Source of the DNA: Trichodelitschia bisporula
Taxonomy: Eukaryota
NCBI GenBank assembly: GCA_010356995.1
Contig: ML996705.1
Location: 186,001 to 250,000 of the forward strand
DNA: 64,000 nt
Direction: 5' to 3'
Positions 1-11,435 of this stretch are shown here, one piece after another. A program made the position numbers and the translations under genes. The notes under the pieces were generated by a model. The model had not been told where the DNA came from. It saw nothing but the letters and a program-made list of their open reading frames with translations, and searched no databases. Numbering within the stretch: position 1 is the stretch's first letter; every line of letters begins with the position of its first letter.

Positions 1-2285
1 GCGCTTGCTGACGGTTATGTTCCCGTCTTCGGGCGGGACGACGGTGAGGCGCGCGGGGAAGCGCCCACTGCGGGCGCTGGGTGTGGGGGAGGGGGGGCGC
101 ATTGTGTCCCCGAGGCGGGCCGGGGTAGTGGGGCGCGAGGAAGAGGATTGCGGCCTGTCCGTGGGGAGCATGCTGCCGTTGTGGGCGCTGGTGCGGCGGG
201 GAAAGAAAGGCGTGATTGGGGATTTGGACACGGACATTGATTTCGCTTCGTGCACTTCGGCGGCGTGGAGTTCGTCGAGGAGGTCGTCGTCGTAGTCGGC
301 GTCGGCGTCGGCGTCGGAGTGCGAGTCGATTAGCTCGAGAGGGGCGACGAGCGCGGTGCGTTTTTCTTTTTCGTCGGGGTGGGATGGGGAGGGGTTTGCG
401 GGGGGCTCGATGATGCTGACGGAGGAGGAGTTGGGGAGGTCGAAGACGGTGATTGTGTCGCCGGTGGGGGTGCTGGTGGTGCTGTGGTTGGTGGCGGGGT
501 TGGTGGCGCTGGAGCCGTTGGTGATGGTCGTGAGGCTCTCGGCGGCGGTGGGTGATGCGCAATTTGCGTCCTTCGCGTTGGTGTCTTTTGTTGGCTCGCC
601 GTCCGCCGCGGCGCTGGGAGTCGTTTCCGTGCTCGCTTTGGGAACCGTTTCCGTGGCACCGTGGACGCCATTGACCTCCTCCTCCTCCACCCCATTAACA
701 GGCTCATGGATCTTGACCTCAACAACCGTACTCGGCGTCGCCGGATCAGCAATGCTCTCCTCATCAGTACTCGCCATATTATCAGGCATGCTAGCTTCAG
801 AAACAGAATGCGGGTGTGAAGCCGTTGTAATCTCTGCAATTCCGCCGTTGAAACCCACTTCCCCGTTTGCTCCCTTAAACCCGTTTGTCGCACCGTCAGT
901 CGCCTCACTCGCCACGCCCTCCCCGCGAAGGGACTTGGGTAGCGCCTCGGCAGACCCCTCCGTCTCCACTTTATCCTCATCATCATCCAACCCCACGCCC
1001 GAATCCGTATTATCGTCCGCCAGGCGCTCGGGCTCGGGGTCCGGGTCCACGATTTCTGGCACCGGGGTTACGGGCTTCTTCTTCGCCAGGGCTTCGCGCT
1101 GCTTGTACATTTCGCGGAACTTCATCAGGCGTGCTTTTTCGGGCGTCATGCCGGGCGACTTTGGCAGTGTTGCAGGCAGCGATTTGACGCTCTGCGAGGA
1201 CGAACCGGGGCGCGGACCGAAGGTGGGTGATTCGGGGATGGGTGGTGGGGGCGGGAAGTGCGAGCGGATGGTCATGCTGGAGTCGCGCGACTCGGGGCGC
1301 GAGGGAGATAACTTCGGGGGACGCGAGGCGCGCAGTCTCGCCGGCAAAGTAGCAACGGGACGCGATTCAGAATTATTCGATTGACCGGGACGCTCGATAG
1401 ATGGCCTAGGCCCAAGTTTGACTTTAGGCTTGTAGAAGTTGTAAAGGTCGCCGGTGCTGGGACGCGCGCTTTGCGAGGATATGCGGCGGGTGGAGTCGAA
1501 GTAGTAGTCGTTGGTGGTGTTGATGGAGGCGGCGTAGTCGGCGGAGAGGCCGGGGGCTAGGGTGGGGATGTTGCCGTTCATGACGGACATTTGCGAGGCG
1601 GAGGTCTTGGGGCGTGGCGCGACTAGTGCTTCCGGACTTGATGGTGTGGGTGTGGGGGGTGTTGGGGTGGTTTCGGACGGTTTGGAGGTTGACGTTGAGT
1701 CGTCCCGTTTGTGTATGGTTGCTGCTGGCGCTGCGGCCGCGGTTGTCGTCGCTACTTCCTCTGCGTCCTCGATGATGCCGTCCAAGGCCGGCTTCTTGCC
1801 CGAACTCGACGACGAGCGGCTCGAGTGCAGTTCAATGTGCGCCGTCAGCCCAGATTCGTTCAATTGGGCGGTGGCAGTTGGCTCAAAGACCGTTTCGTGG
1901 TTGGGAAAGCGAGCGACGACAGACGTCCAATGTACCTGAACACGAGCTGGGACAAGTTAGCTACGGAACATTCAAGAACTCGACGTAAGGAACGCAAGGG
2001 CAACCCACCCTGCATCAAGCGCGACGACCCCTCAAGCACCAACTTAACCAGCACCTTTCTCCTGCGAAAGTCGATCATTCCATACAGCGGATTGCGCTGG
2101 CTCATCTCAGCGTCGTAATACGCATCAGCCGCCTCGCGCATCTCGCCGAGCCCGCCGGTGCCATGGCCCAGCACCTCGACGCTGTCCCGCGAGTTGTACT
2201 TGAGCAGAAACCAGCCCGTGCGGCCGAGCTGCACCGTCTGCAGGGCGCTCTCCACCTCGGGCGAGTCGAGTCCGCTGAGCGACAT
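1..2285 (-). CDS. ADF-H (cofilin-like) domain protein with long low-complexity C-terminus; 3' end runs off the window
   Basis: ATG at 2285 gives MSLSGLDSPEVESALQTVQLGRTGWFLLKYNSRD...PLYGMIDFRRRKVLVKLVLEGSSRLMQ. Intron 1947-2008 (GTGGGT..GCTAAC..CAG) restores ARVQVHWTSVVARF. An S/P/E-rich frame continues to the window edge. Confidence 0.8.
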
Positions 2286-3314
2286 TGCGAAGGGGGCGGA
2301 GGGGTGGGGTGTGGATGGCTAATTACATTCCTATAACGGCCCGCGGCTGTGGATGTCGGTGTCGGAGGTGAGGTGAGAAGGGATGGCAGGATTGTTGCGC
2401 GGGTTGCGACTTTTCGAGAGGGAGGGATGGCGAGGGGTCGGGGTCGGAGGTTGGAGACTAGGCGGCCAGGAGGTAGAAGCGTAGGACGATAAGGCAAGGA
2501 GAGATGGCCGATGAGGTTGTCTGGATGCGTGAACGCTGCGATGCTTCGGAGCACGCTCAATCGCAAGAAAAGAGAGGGCGGTTGCGATTAGGAGAAGAGA
2601 CGGGAAACGGAACGGAGATGGATGCCGACGCAGGGGCGGCGGGATGAGAAGAGACGACAAGAGAGAAGATTTGCGCTTGATGGAAGAAGAGAAGAAAAGA
2701 GATGCGCGACAGGAAATGGAGCGAGTGGTGAGATGTAGAATGTACAGAGTAGCATGTAGCGGAGCGAGAGGGAGTTGGTGTTCTTTCTGTTGTCGAGCGG
2801 CGTCCTGAAGAGAGTCAGGGCCACAAACCATCCGCCGTTCACACACTTCACACACTTCTCTCAGTTCGCTCGCGCTCTCGATCCTCGTTGGCTGAACCAG
2901 GGGCAAAGAATCCCAAGGACCGTCCCGCGCCACGACTCGCGGCCGAACAAGATCTTCCCGCCCCTTGGCCGGGCGCCTTCACGACGGAAAGAGTGAGCGC
3001 GCGATACGACAAGTGGCTTATTTTCCCCGGACTTCCGATTTCCTGACCGAAAGGGGAAATTCAAGATGTTGGGGAGAGATTGGAGAGATTGGAGAGATTG
3101 CGCACCAGGAAGAAGCTCCGATGGGAAAAACGACATCATGCTTTGGAATACCAGTTATCGGTCTATCATGCATATCTCCCCCAATTCCCTCGCCTTTTCT
3201 GCCCCTGCTTCTCTTCCCCTCTCCCCTCTCCCCTTCTCCCCACCTCCCCGGACCTGCATAGAACCCACATCTTAAGGCCTTAAATGCTACTAGCATGGAG
3301 AAGACTAGTCCCAG

Positions 3315-3345
3315 TATAGCCGTATAGCCGTATAGCCGTATAGCC
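3315..3345. repeat. (TATAGCCG)x~4 tandem repeat in divergent promoter
   Basis: TATAGCCG TATAGCCG TATAGCCG TATAGCC read directly. A (GGAGAGATT)x3 run also lies at about 3073-3099. Confidence 0.85.
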
Positions 3346-3695
3346 ATCTGGCTCATAACCTCCACGCACAAATCGCCTGCATCTCCCCCTCTCAGGGTAG
3401 CTTTCCGTAAAATAAACCAGACCAATCGCTAGCCATCACCCGTTGCACCTCCAGTCCGTTGTACGGGTATTCCCTCCGCATCCCCCTCCATCCCACGCGC
3501 CCACCAAACACCAAACGAACGCTCCCGGCTCGACCAACCGGCCACCAATCGCACCCGCTGCGCAAACCCGGCTCGCCACAACAGCCGGCGCGGGATCCGG
3601 CGGGTACCTACAGGACGCACGCCCTACAAAGCTTCACGACAAACCCCACCTCGCATCGCAACCCAGCGCGCCCTTCACCCCTCACCTCTCACACA

Positions 3696-4366
3696 ATGGC
3701 ACAACCCGCGCTCCCCGATATTTCCACTCTCCATACCCTTCCCACAGCCAACTTTGCCGCCATCCTAGACACCCTCTTCGAGCCCTCCGCCATACTGCGG
3801 GTCATCGCCCTGCCCCTCGCCAGACAGGAATGGGCCAGTTATGACGCCCTGATCGATGGCGTGGGCGAGCTACTCCTTGAGATGGCGCGGGATGGAGGGA
3901 TGGTTGATACGGAGAGGGTGGGTTGGATACTCGCTTCGCATCCGCGGCTCGGCGCGAAGAAAGTCGACAGCGCGCTGAGTCGCGCCGAGCAGGCGGCCAT
4001 GGAGCGGGCGTCGGGCAGCGAAGAGGAGGAGAGAAAGGCGGAGGCGGAGGAGCTGGCGAGGTTGAATGCTGAGTATGAGAAGGCTTTTCCGGGGCTGCGA
4101 TATGTGTGAGTTTCCTGTTAATGGTTTGTGAATTTGGGTGGGAGCTGAGATTGTAGGACCTGGGTTAATGGGCGGAGTCGGCCGGTTATCTTTGAGGATA
4201 TGAGAAGAAGGATTGAGAGGGGAGATCCTGAGGCGGAGAGGGTTGAGGGAGTGACGGTGCGTTTTGGTTTGGATGTGTGTTGCGTGGACTGACGGTTTAG
4301 GCTATGTGTGATATTGCAAAGGATAGAGTCAGGAAGATCCGGCTCCTGACTGCTCAGTTGGTGTGA
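3696..4366 (+). CDS. OHCU decarboxylase family protein (urate/purine catabolism)
   Basis: ACAATGG start. Motifs LDTLFEPS, HPRLG, LSRAEQA, LNAEYEKAFPGLRYV|TWVNGRSR and AMCDIAKDR. Introns 4106-4156 and 4257-4300, TGA at 4364-4366. Confidence 0.9.
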
Positions 4367-5495
4367 CCGGATTCTGGAGCGCCGATTTTCCGACATGACG
4401 ATGGCTTTGATGGCGACATTATAAAGCGAGCTGGACTGTCCTTGTACAGAGGTACTGAGCCTGGGAGGGGATGAATACGACCAGTAGTGTCGCCTCTATC
4501 CTAGCATCGAGTTGGACAGCAGTGACATGTGAGTTGACACCTCCGTCTTGTTCAGGGCGCGTCTTTTTTTGTTGTTGCTGGCCAGCTATGATGGTCAAGA
4601 CCATCTCAGATGTCGAAGATGTTCGCCATTTCAGGGCTTTACGACAAGCTGCATCATGAACCCACGCTTCGGAGAGATATACTTTTCTTCCATCCAAGCA
4701 AATTGGGACCGGCATCTTCATCTCTTGAGTATCCAGACACCATATATCGTCAATATCAGCTTCATGCGAATCCTCTCCATCTTCATCAGGTTCGCGAGTG
4801 CCTTCAGCCCTAAGTGAGTCTACAGTTCGTCGGAAGCCAATTGAAAGGGTTCCTCCTCTATCTCAACCCCGATGGTAATGGAATCATAGAATTGACAAGC
4901 TCAATGGTCACGGCGTGAAGTGCAAGATTGTGCAAAAGACGAGGAAAAGAGAGAGGGGTGAAGTTCCACTCAGATACATGCTGTTGTCCTTGCGTTCTTT
5001 TTCTCCCATCGTGCGTACCTTCCATCGTAGCAATGCGCCTTCCCAAAGATAATCCACAATTGGACAAAGGTACGGCCATCGCCAGCTCGTTGAGACGAAG
5101 CGACCCTCCCGTTCCAAGCTCGTCATTCCGGCCCTCACCTCGTTCTTCCCAATGAAGTCGAAATGAATATCCTCTCGCCGCAAGCTTCTCGTCCCAAAAG
5201 CATCAAGCTGGACCTCAGCCTCATATCAAGCATGTCGAAGACTCGATTCATCGCAAGCTATCAAAACACGTCTCCCAATGCCTCATCAATCCGTACAAGT
5301 ACCAATCCCACCCAAATGCCGACCCAGATCGCCCCACCCAACACCAATTCCCATGTGCCCTAACGCCCCACCCCGCAGCCCCGCCATCAACCACCGTGCG
5401 TAGTAGTCTCCGATCGCATCCGCCGCCCCGTCCGCCGCGCTTCCATCCGTGTTCCAGCCATGAACCTCACGCGTCATCATCCCCCTGACCTCACC

Positions 5496-6202
5496 CTACC
5501 CCCGTTCCAACACCCCCCTCACCCTCTCAATCCTCCTCACCGCCCCCTCCAACCTCTCCAAACGCGCCCTCTTCTCCCCATCCCTCCTCTCCAGCACCTC
5601 AACCCGTTCCTCAAGTCTCGCCCTCGCCCTCCTCTCCGCCGCCACCATCTCATTCGCCTGCTGAAACAGCGCCGCGCTCAAATCCTCCATCTCCCCACTC
5701 ATAGCACTCAACTTCCCCTCCGCCGCAGCCCGCAACCCCCTCTCCCTCGCCAGCAAACTTTGTAAATCGCCAACCTCGGATAGGCCCGAGTCCGTCCGAG
5801 CGAGAGGCGGCGGGTACCCGGGCGTCGGCGGCGTCGGCGGCGCCACGCCTGTTGTCCGAGGGGGCGAGCTTCCCGGCGACCCTGCCGTCTTGCGCGCCAT
5901 CAGGAGGGAGGAAATGCGTGCTGCGGCTGAGGGTGCGGGGCGCGGAGATGAGGATTTGAGCCGCCGCAGCTCGTCTTCGTAGTCGGCGAGTTTGTCGACT
6001 TGGGCGGTTAGCGGGAATTGGAGACGAGGGCGGGGGGCTTACCGGCGCTGGTGGCCTTTTCGGTGAGGAGCCGCACTTGTGCTTCGAGTTCGGCGATGCG
6101 CGCGATGGGCGCGGCGCAGTGCGGGCAGGTCGGCGCTTGTTCTTGGGAGGAAGGGGGGGGGGTGGGGGCGGGCGGCGCGAGGGCGAGGGACCCGGCGGAC
6201 AT
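5496..6202 (-). CDS. Short Sec2p N-terminal-like coiled-coil protein with CxxC motif
   Basis: CPHC...IAELEAQVRLLTEKATSA|VDKLADYEDEL and EMEDLSAALFQQANEMVAAERR (Sec2-like). Intron 5999-6042 (GTAAG..GCTAAC..AAG). Confidence 0.8.
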
Positions 6203-7606
6203 GGTCAGGACATGTGATTGTTGTGCTGCGATACTGTGAAGCGGTAGACGGGCGGTGATAGTGTTCAAGCGGGATCGAGGGTGTCGTAGGGGATCACGGA
6301 GAAAATGCGGCGGCTGGTGCAGGGGCGCGGGCGCGGCGCGCCAAGGGTGAGGCTCGTAGGGCGGACCGGAGGGGGTATTTTCCGGTTCCTGTTGAAGCGA
6401 CGCGGGCGAGGCGCGGGGGGGGAAGTTATTGCTGCCAGGCCGGGGCGTCTTTGGGGATGCGGTGGGCTGCAATATTTTGGATGGCTCCCTTGGTGGGTGG
6501 GGTGGGGATTGCAACCGGGTGGTTTTGCATCGAACGAGGAGCTTGAAGAACAGCTCGGCGGCCGTCGGTTTTCTCGCCGCCCGATTCCTCGTCGCGAACG
6601 CAAAAAATGTGAGAAAAGATGGTACCAACTTCCATCAGTGCAATTGATTATGGCGTGTCAATGCCCGCGCACCGAGAAACTCAGCCGCCGACCAGCGCAC
6701 CGCAGACGTGATCATTGCGACAGCCTTACCCCACGCGGAGCCTTGACCATCAAACATCGTAATGGGCCCAAGTACTGGACCGTCACTCGCTCTCGACTTT
6801 GCCGTCAGACTGGCGTCGCTTTGCTCGAGCGGGCGAGGCTGCTGGATCATGATTACAGGTCTGCGCGTGGGAAGGCGATCTGGACTTCTGCGGCTGCATC
6901 ATTGTGAAGAGGGCGGGCGGTTCGAGTGACGGAGAAGAGTGGCATGAGGATGATAGGGAATGCGATCACGGCGTTATGGGCTTTGGTATATATGTGGTTT
7001 CTCCGCTGCTTAACCTCTTCCTCGCACAGTCCTTCCTCACTCATCTCGCTGGCTCTCTGAGAGTTCACCGCGGCGAGAATCGGCCTTCTTACCTCGATCG
7101 TCTATTTCTCGCTCATCCATTTGCAACCCCACCTTCGCCAGGCATAGGATCGACGGCCTTGGAAGCTTGTTCTTAGCCCCCTTGGTCGGCCAAGCAACCA
7201 GGGCTCTGGCGCCAGAGCTTCTGCAGCTGCGGAATGGCCTGAGTCTCGCGCACCTGGGCAGAGGGCCTTCCGGCGAGGCCGCAGCGGGTACCAGTATCGC
7301 CGATCTGGTCTCAGCTGACACCATTGACGCCTAGCCAGAGCCTACCGTACGGTACGCAAGTGCGGAGACAGCGGACGAGTGTCATTCGCGGCCCCAGGGC
7401 TAGGCAGCACAGAGGCTCGCAGCGTCGGCGTCGCTTGATACGGACGTTGAGTGACCGCTGAGATGGCAGCAGATGCGGTACGTCAAAGCCTGGCTTCTGC
7501 GGCACTGACGTCGTGGTTCATTCGGAGCTGTGGTGAGTTGCTGTGCATTGAGTGGCGCCTTAACTTCTAGGTCTGCGAACTGCGGAGTTGAACCGCGGAG
7601 TTGGAT

Positions 7607-7700
7607 CCGACTTCACACACCCGTGGAATCAACTCCGACTTCACACACCCATGGAATTAACTCCGACTTCACACACCCATGGAATTAACTCCGACTTCAC
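7607..7700. repeat. 28-bp tandem repeat, about 3.4 copies
   Basis: Unit CCGACTTCACACACCCRTGGAATYAACT at 7607, 7635 and 7663, partial copy at 7691. Confidence 0.9.
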
Positions 7701-9021
7701 GACATGTCGGATTCAACTTCGAGATCGATAAGGCGAGATGGACCTCGCCTTGAGTGGGGAGAGCTTGCCCGAGATGCGTGAGGTCTGGAGGGAGCTTCGA
7801 TGGAGCTTGCGCAAGAGTGTACGTCCTCCAGTGGCCTTCGGCCAGTCCTCAAGGCGCGTGCACCGACGAAGAGGATTCCGACCCGCTGCTGGATTCTGGG
7901 AAGCTAACGCTCTCGACCAGCTACAATACCGTATACTGGGAAGCTAACACCCATAACCAGCGAACAGAAATTGATCAGGCCGCTTTCCACTTCCACATGC
8001 TGCAGCATTTTGTTGGAAGATGCTTGCCTGCTTGTACCGGTACCGTAAACCGCCATCGGGCGAATCGGCAACAAGCGTAGCCCGACTGCGGGAAGGGAAG
8101 CGGGGCAAGCTAACTAATTTAGTGGGGAAGCCAGCCGCTAACTGCGATCGGATCCATCGATTGATGTTGCGTTTCATGGCCGGAAGAGGTCGGCTGCATC
8201 TCGCCACCCGGGAATTGCTGGCGGGTTGAGCAGCACTTTGTTTCCCATTTTCCATTACGATCCTGAGTTCTCGTACGGTATGTGCATTCGGCAAGTTTTA
8301 ACGCGCATTACGGTACATGTGAAGTGTTGACCTCCTACGTCCGTAGAAAGGCGGGGAGCTGGGGGTGTTTGTGTGGTTTTGAAAGTCTGAGGTCATATCG
8401 TAGAAGACGCTAGAATGGCTACCGTAGTCAGATCGGAGGCTTACCAAAACATGAGATTGTGAAAATGCCATGTTTTTTTAGATGGGCATTTCCTCCCCGC
8501 TCCCGTCCCCATCTCGCCACCCCATTCGCGTCCGCTTGCTCACCTTTCCACTAACTTTTAGCAACTCCGCACTTATCGCAACTCTTGTCAATTAGGCACC
8601 GATATCGTCCAGAGCCCCATCACCGGTCCCAAACGGCTTTTCGGTTCGCCGTGTATTGGTTTTCATGCCTCCCCCCCAAAATAACAGGGTTGAGGCGGGG
8701 TTATCTGGCGTGGGAAGAGTCAGCGTCCCGCCCCGCCATCCAAGTAGTGGTCGAGGTCCCCATAGTCGCAAGGTCGGCAAACGGATCACCTGTCCACGAA
8801 GAACCGTTCTCCCTCTCCAAACTCTTTCCATTAGTAGTTGAGAGGACGCGTTGCCATCGGACTTTGCATTCTTCTTATTGTCCGACAGCCAGGAGTTCTC
8901 GCATACAAAAAGAGAATTCATGCCGTAGCTGGTAGTGCATTTTCTCATTCGACATCATCCACCCTCAACACCATCTCCTCACCTTCCAGTGGTAGACACC
9001 ATTCTAGCTTGCTATACAACC

Positions 9022-11435
9022 ATGCCTGATTCTCCTCCCGAGCCCGTCAGCTCAGACTTCTTGGAGTCGAACGGGCTGTTCGAAGACGGCGAGGACGATC
9101 AGGAGTTTCACGATGCGCTGCCGGAGAGCTTCTTCACCCAGTCATCGCCCTCGGCGGACAACGCCAACTTTGCTCTGAATTCCATAGTCAATTCCATGGA
9201 ACAGGTAAGGTTACTTCCATTGCACTTTGCCAGCTGACTTACCATTTGCAGTCCGAGATGGATATCGGCCCCACACCGGACGACATCTTCGGGCCGGACG
9301 ACTCCCTCCCACCACATTCTGGTTGGAACTCATCGGGCCACCTCCACATGGCGACTAATGGCTTGCCACCTTTCCCCCGCTCTACCGCGGCCCCCCCTCC
9401 GCAAGTTCTATCGCTCGCAGGCTATAACATTACTGCGGTGACTGGCAACATCAATCCACGCTCTCTGAACAGCTCCGACTTCTTGCGGCCCTCTCCCCCC
9501 AGCCAGGCAACCAACGACGAGAAGCCGACCCGCGGCCAGGCAAAAACCGCGACCAAGACAAAACGCACAAAACGCAAGGCGTCCATCAACGATGACGAAG
9601 AGAAGCGGAATACCTTCCTCCAGCGCAACCGGGAGGCTGCCACGCGGTGCCGCATCAAGAAACGTGAGCGCCACCAGCAAATTGAAGAAAAGTCCCGCAT
9701 GCAGGAACAGGAACGGATGATGCTAAAAGCCATGGCAGCGCAGCTCCGCAGCGAGGTCTTGGAGCTCAAGGGGCACTGCCTGCAGCATGTCAATTGTCAG
9801 TGCGAGGCTATTCGCGAATACATGCGGGGTCAAGTGCCCAAGATGGTTCCGTCGGGAATGGGATCTTCGGGTATGCCGTTTGTTGGACGCGCGGTTCTGG
9901 ACTACAACAACGGTGGATATACACCTCAGATGGGCCAGCCGCAGCTCAACACGCAACCTAACGACCACCGCATGCCCACCCAACCCCCACCGCCATCGCC
10001 CAACACCCCCCAGGTACCAACCTATCAGCTCCGAAACCAGCAACAGCAAACCCCCGCCACCCCCATGGCTACATACCCAGCAAGCAATAGAAATCCGGCC
10101 CAGCCAAACACGCGCCAATCCTCGGATCTCATCCATACGTCCTATCCCCTGTACTCCAACGTCGTCAACATGCCCCACCTCCAAGGCTACGCCACGACAA
10201 CCAGCTCCGCACCCGCGGCGAACATGTACCCCCTCGCACCGCCCATCCCCAGCCCCCAGCCCGTCCTCGCGACTACGGGCTACGTCGCCGCTGGGCCTTG
10301 GCACCGAACTGCGCCGCCCGCACGCCCCGTGTACGCGTCGCCCTCGCCGATGTACGGGACCACCTCACCTGTCCACCCCTCCGCAACTATGTACACGGCC
10401 GCTTCGCCTGTGTATGCCGCCGCATCGCCTGCCCGCCCGTCCGCCTCTGTCTTCCCGGCGACGTCGCCTATGTACGGAACTTCCTCCTCGCCCATGCCTC
10501 CATACGCCACGCTCTTCACATCCGCGCCCCCAACCACTCTCTGCTCCACCGCTCCGCCCTTGCAACCTTCCCCTGCATTCGCGCCACCCGCCCGCTCGTC
10601 CGCCACGCCCGAGCGTCCCCATCCCGCACCCAAGCTTGGCCGTCCGCCGCTCACGGCTGAGGAGCGGGCTGCTAAGTCGCGGCGGTTGAACAACGGGGGT
10701 AAGAGTGCTGCGGGTGCGGATAGGTCTGCCCAGTCGTCGTCTTCTGGTGACAAAGCGGAGGAGAAGAGTTCCCCTGCACAGCAGCCGGTGCGCGGGACTC
10801 GGAAGCACAAGAACCGAATGAACTTGACGGTCGAGACGGGAGTGGGGGATGCCGTGAAGAAGAACACCCAGCAGGGCCAGAGCCACGGTCAACAACAACC
10901 CCAGCCCTCCCCCATCCAACAGCCCTTCTTCTCGCCCACTCCCTCCCCCCCCGGTTTCAACCTCTTCGCCCCAATGACCTACACCCAAACCCCCTCTCCG
11001 CCAGATTCTGTCCTCAGCCAAGCCAGCCACTCCAGCCAAGGTCAGACGAGCCACTCGAGCGCCACAACGCATACGGCCGTTTCGCAGCATTCGGGGCAGG
11101 TGCCGTCTTCGCCGACTCAGTTTACGTTTTCCCCACCGGGGGGCCTGGCGCAATGGCCGATGGATGGCCGGTCGGCGAGGTTTGGGCTGCACCGTGGGGA
11201 GGAGATGGTGTTCCCTGGGGGTGAGACATACCGGATGACGCACGAGCCGCCCACGCCGCGGATGGCTCAGGTACGGACGCCGAGTATGGCACAGGCTCAG
11301 ATGGCACAGCCGCAGATGGCCCAGAACCGGACGTACACCCAGCAGACCCAGGCCCCGGTGCAGGTGAACGCGCAAGTGTCGCCTCGTCAGCTGCGGGGGC
11401 ACCAGGGCGCGGGGATGACGTTCTCTTCCGCGTAG
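9022..11435 (+). CDS. ATF/CREB-type bZIP transcription factor (AtfB/Atf21-like), about 788 aa, with long P/S/Q-rich C-terminus
   Basis: ATG 9022, intron 9205-9251. Basic region EKRNTFLQRNREAATRCRIKKR followed by a zipper ending LKGHCLQHVNCQCEAIREYM. Confidence 0.85.

Noticed and set aside
356..1384. 342-aa plus-strand ORF and similar long antisense ORFs (10365-11402 -, 31619-32053 +)
   Set aside because: Antisense shadows of GC-rich low-complexity genes on the opposite strand.
4419..4860. Acidic minus-strand frame (EPDEDGEDSHEADIDDIW...)
   Set aside because: No recognisable motif or clear gene structure; cannot distinguish a relic from chance.
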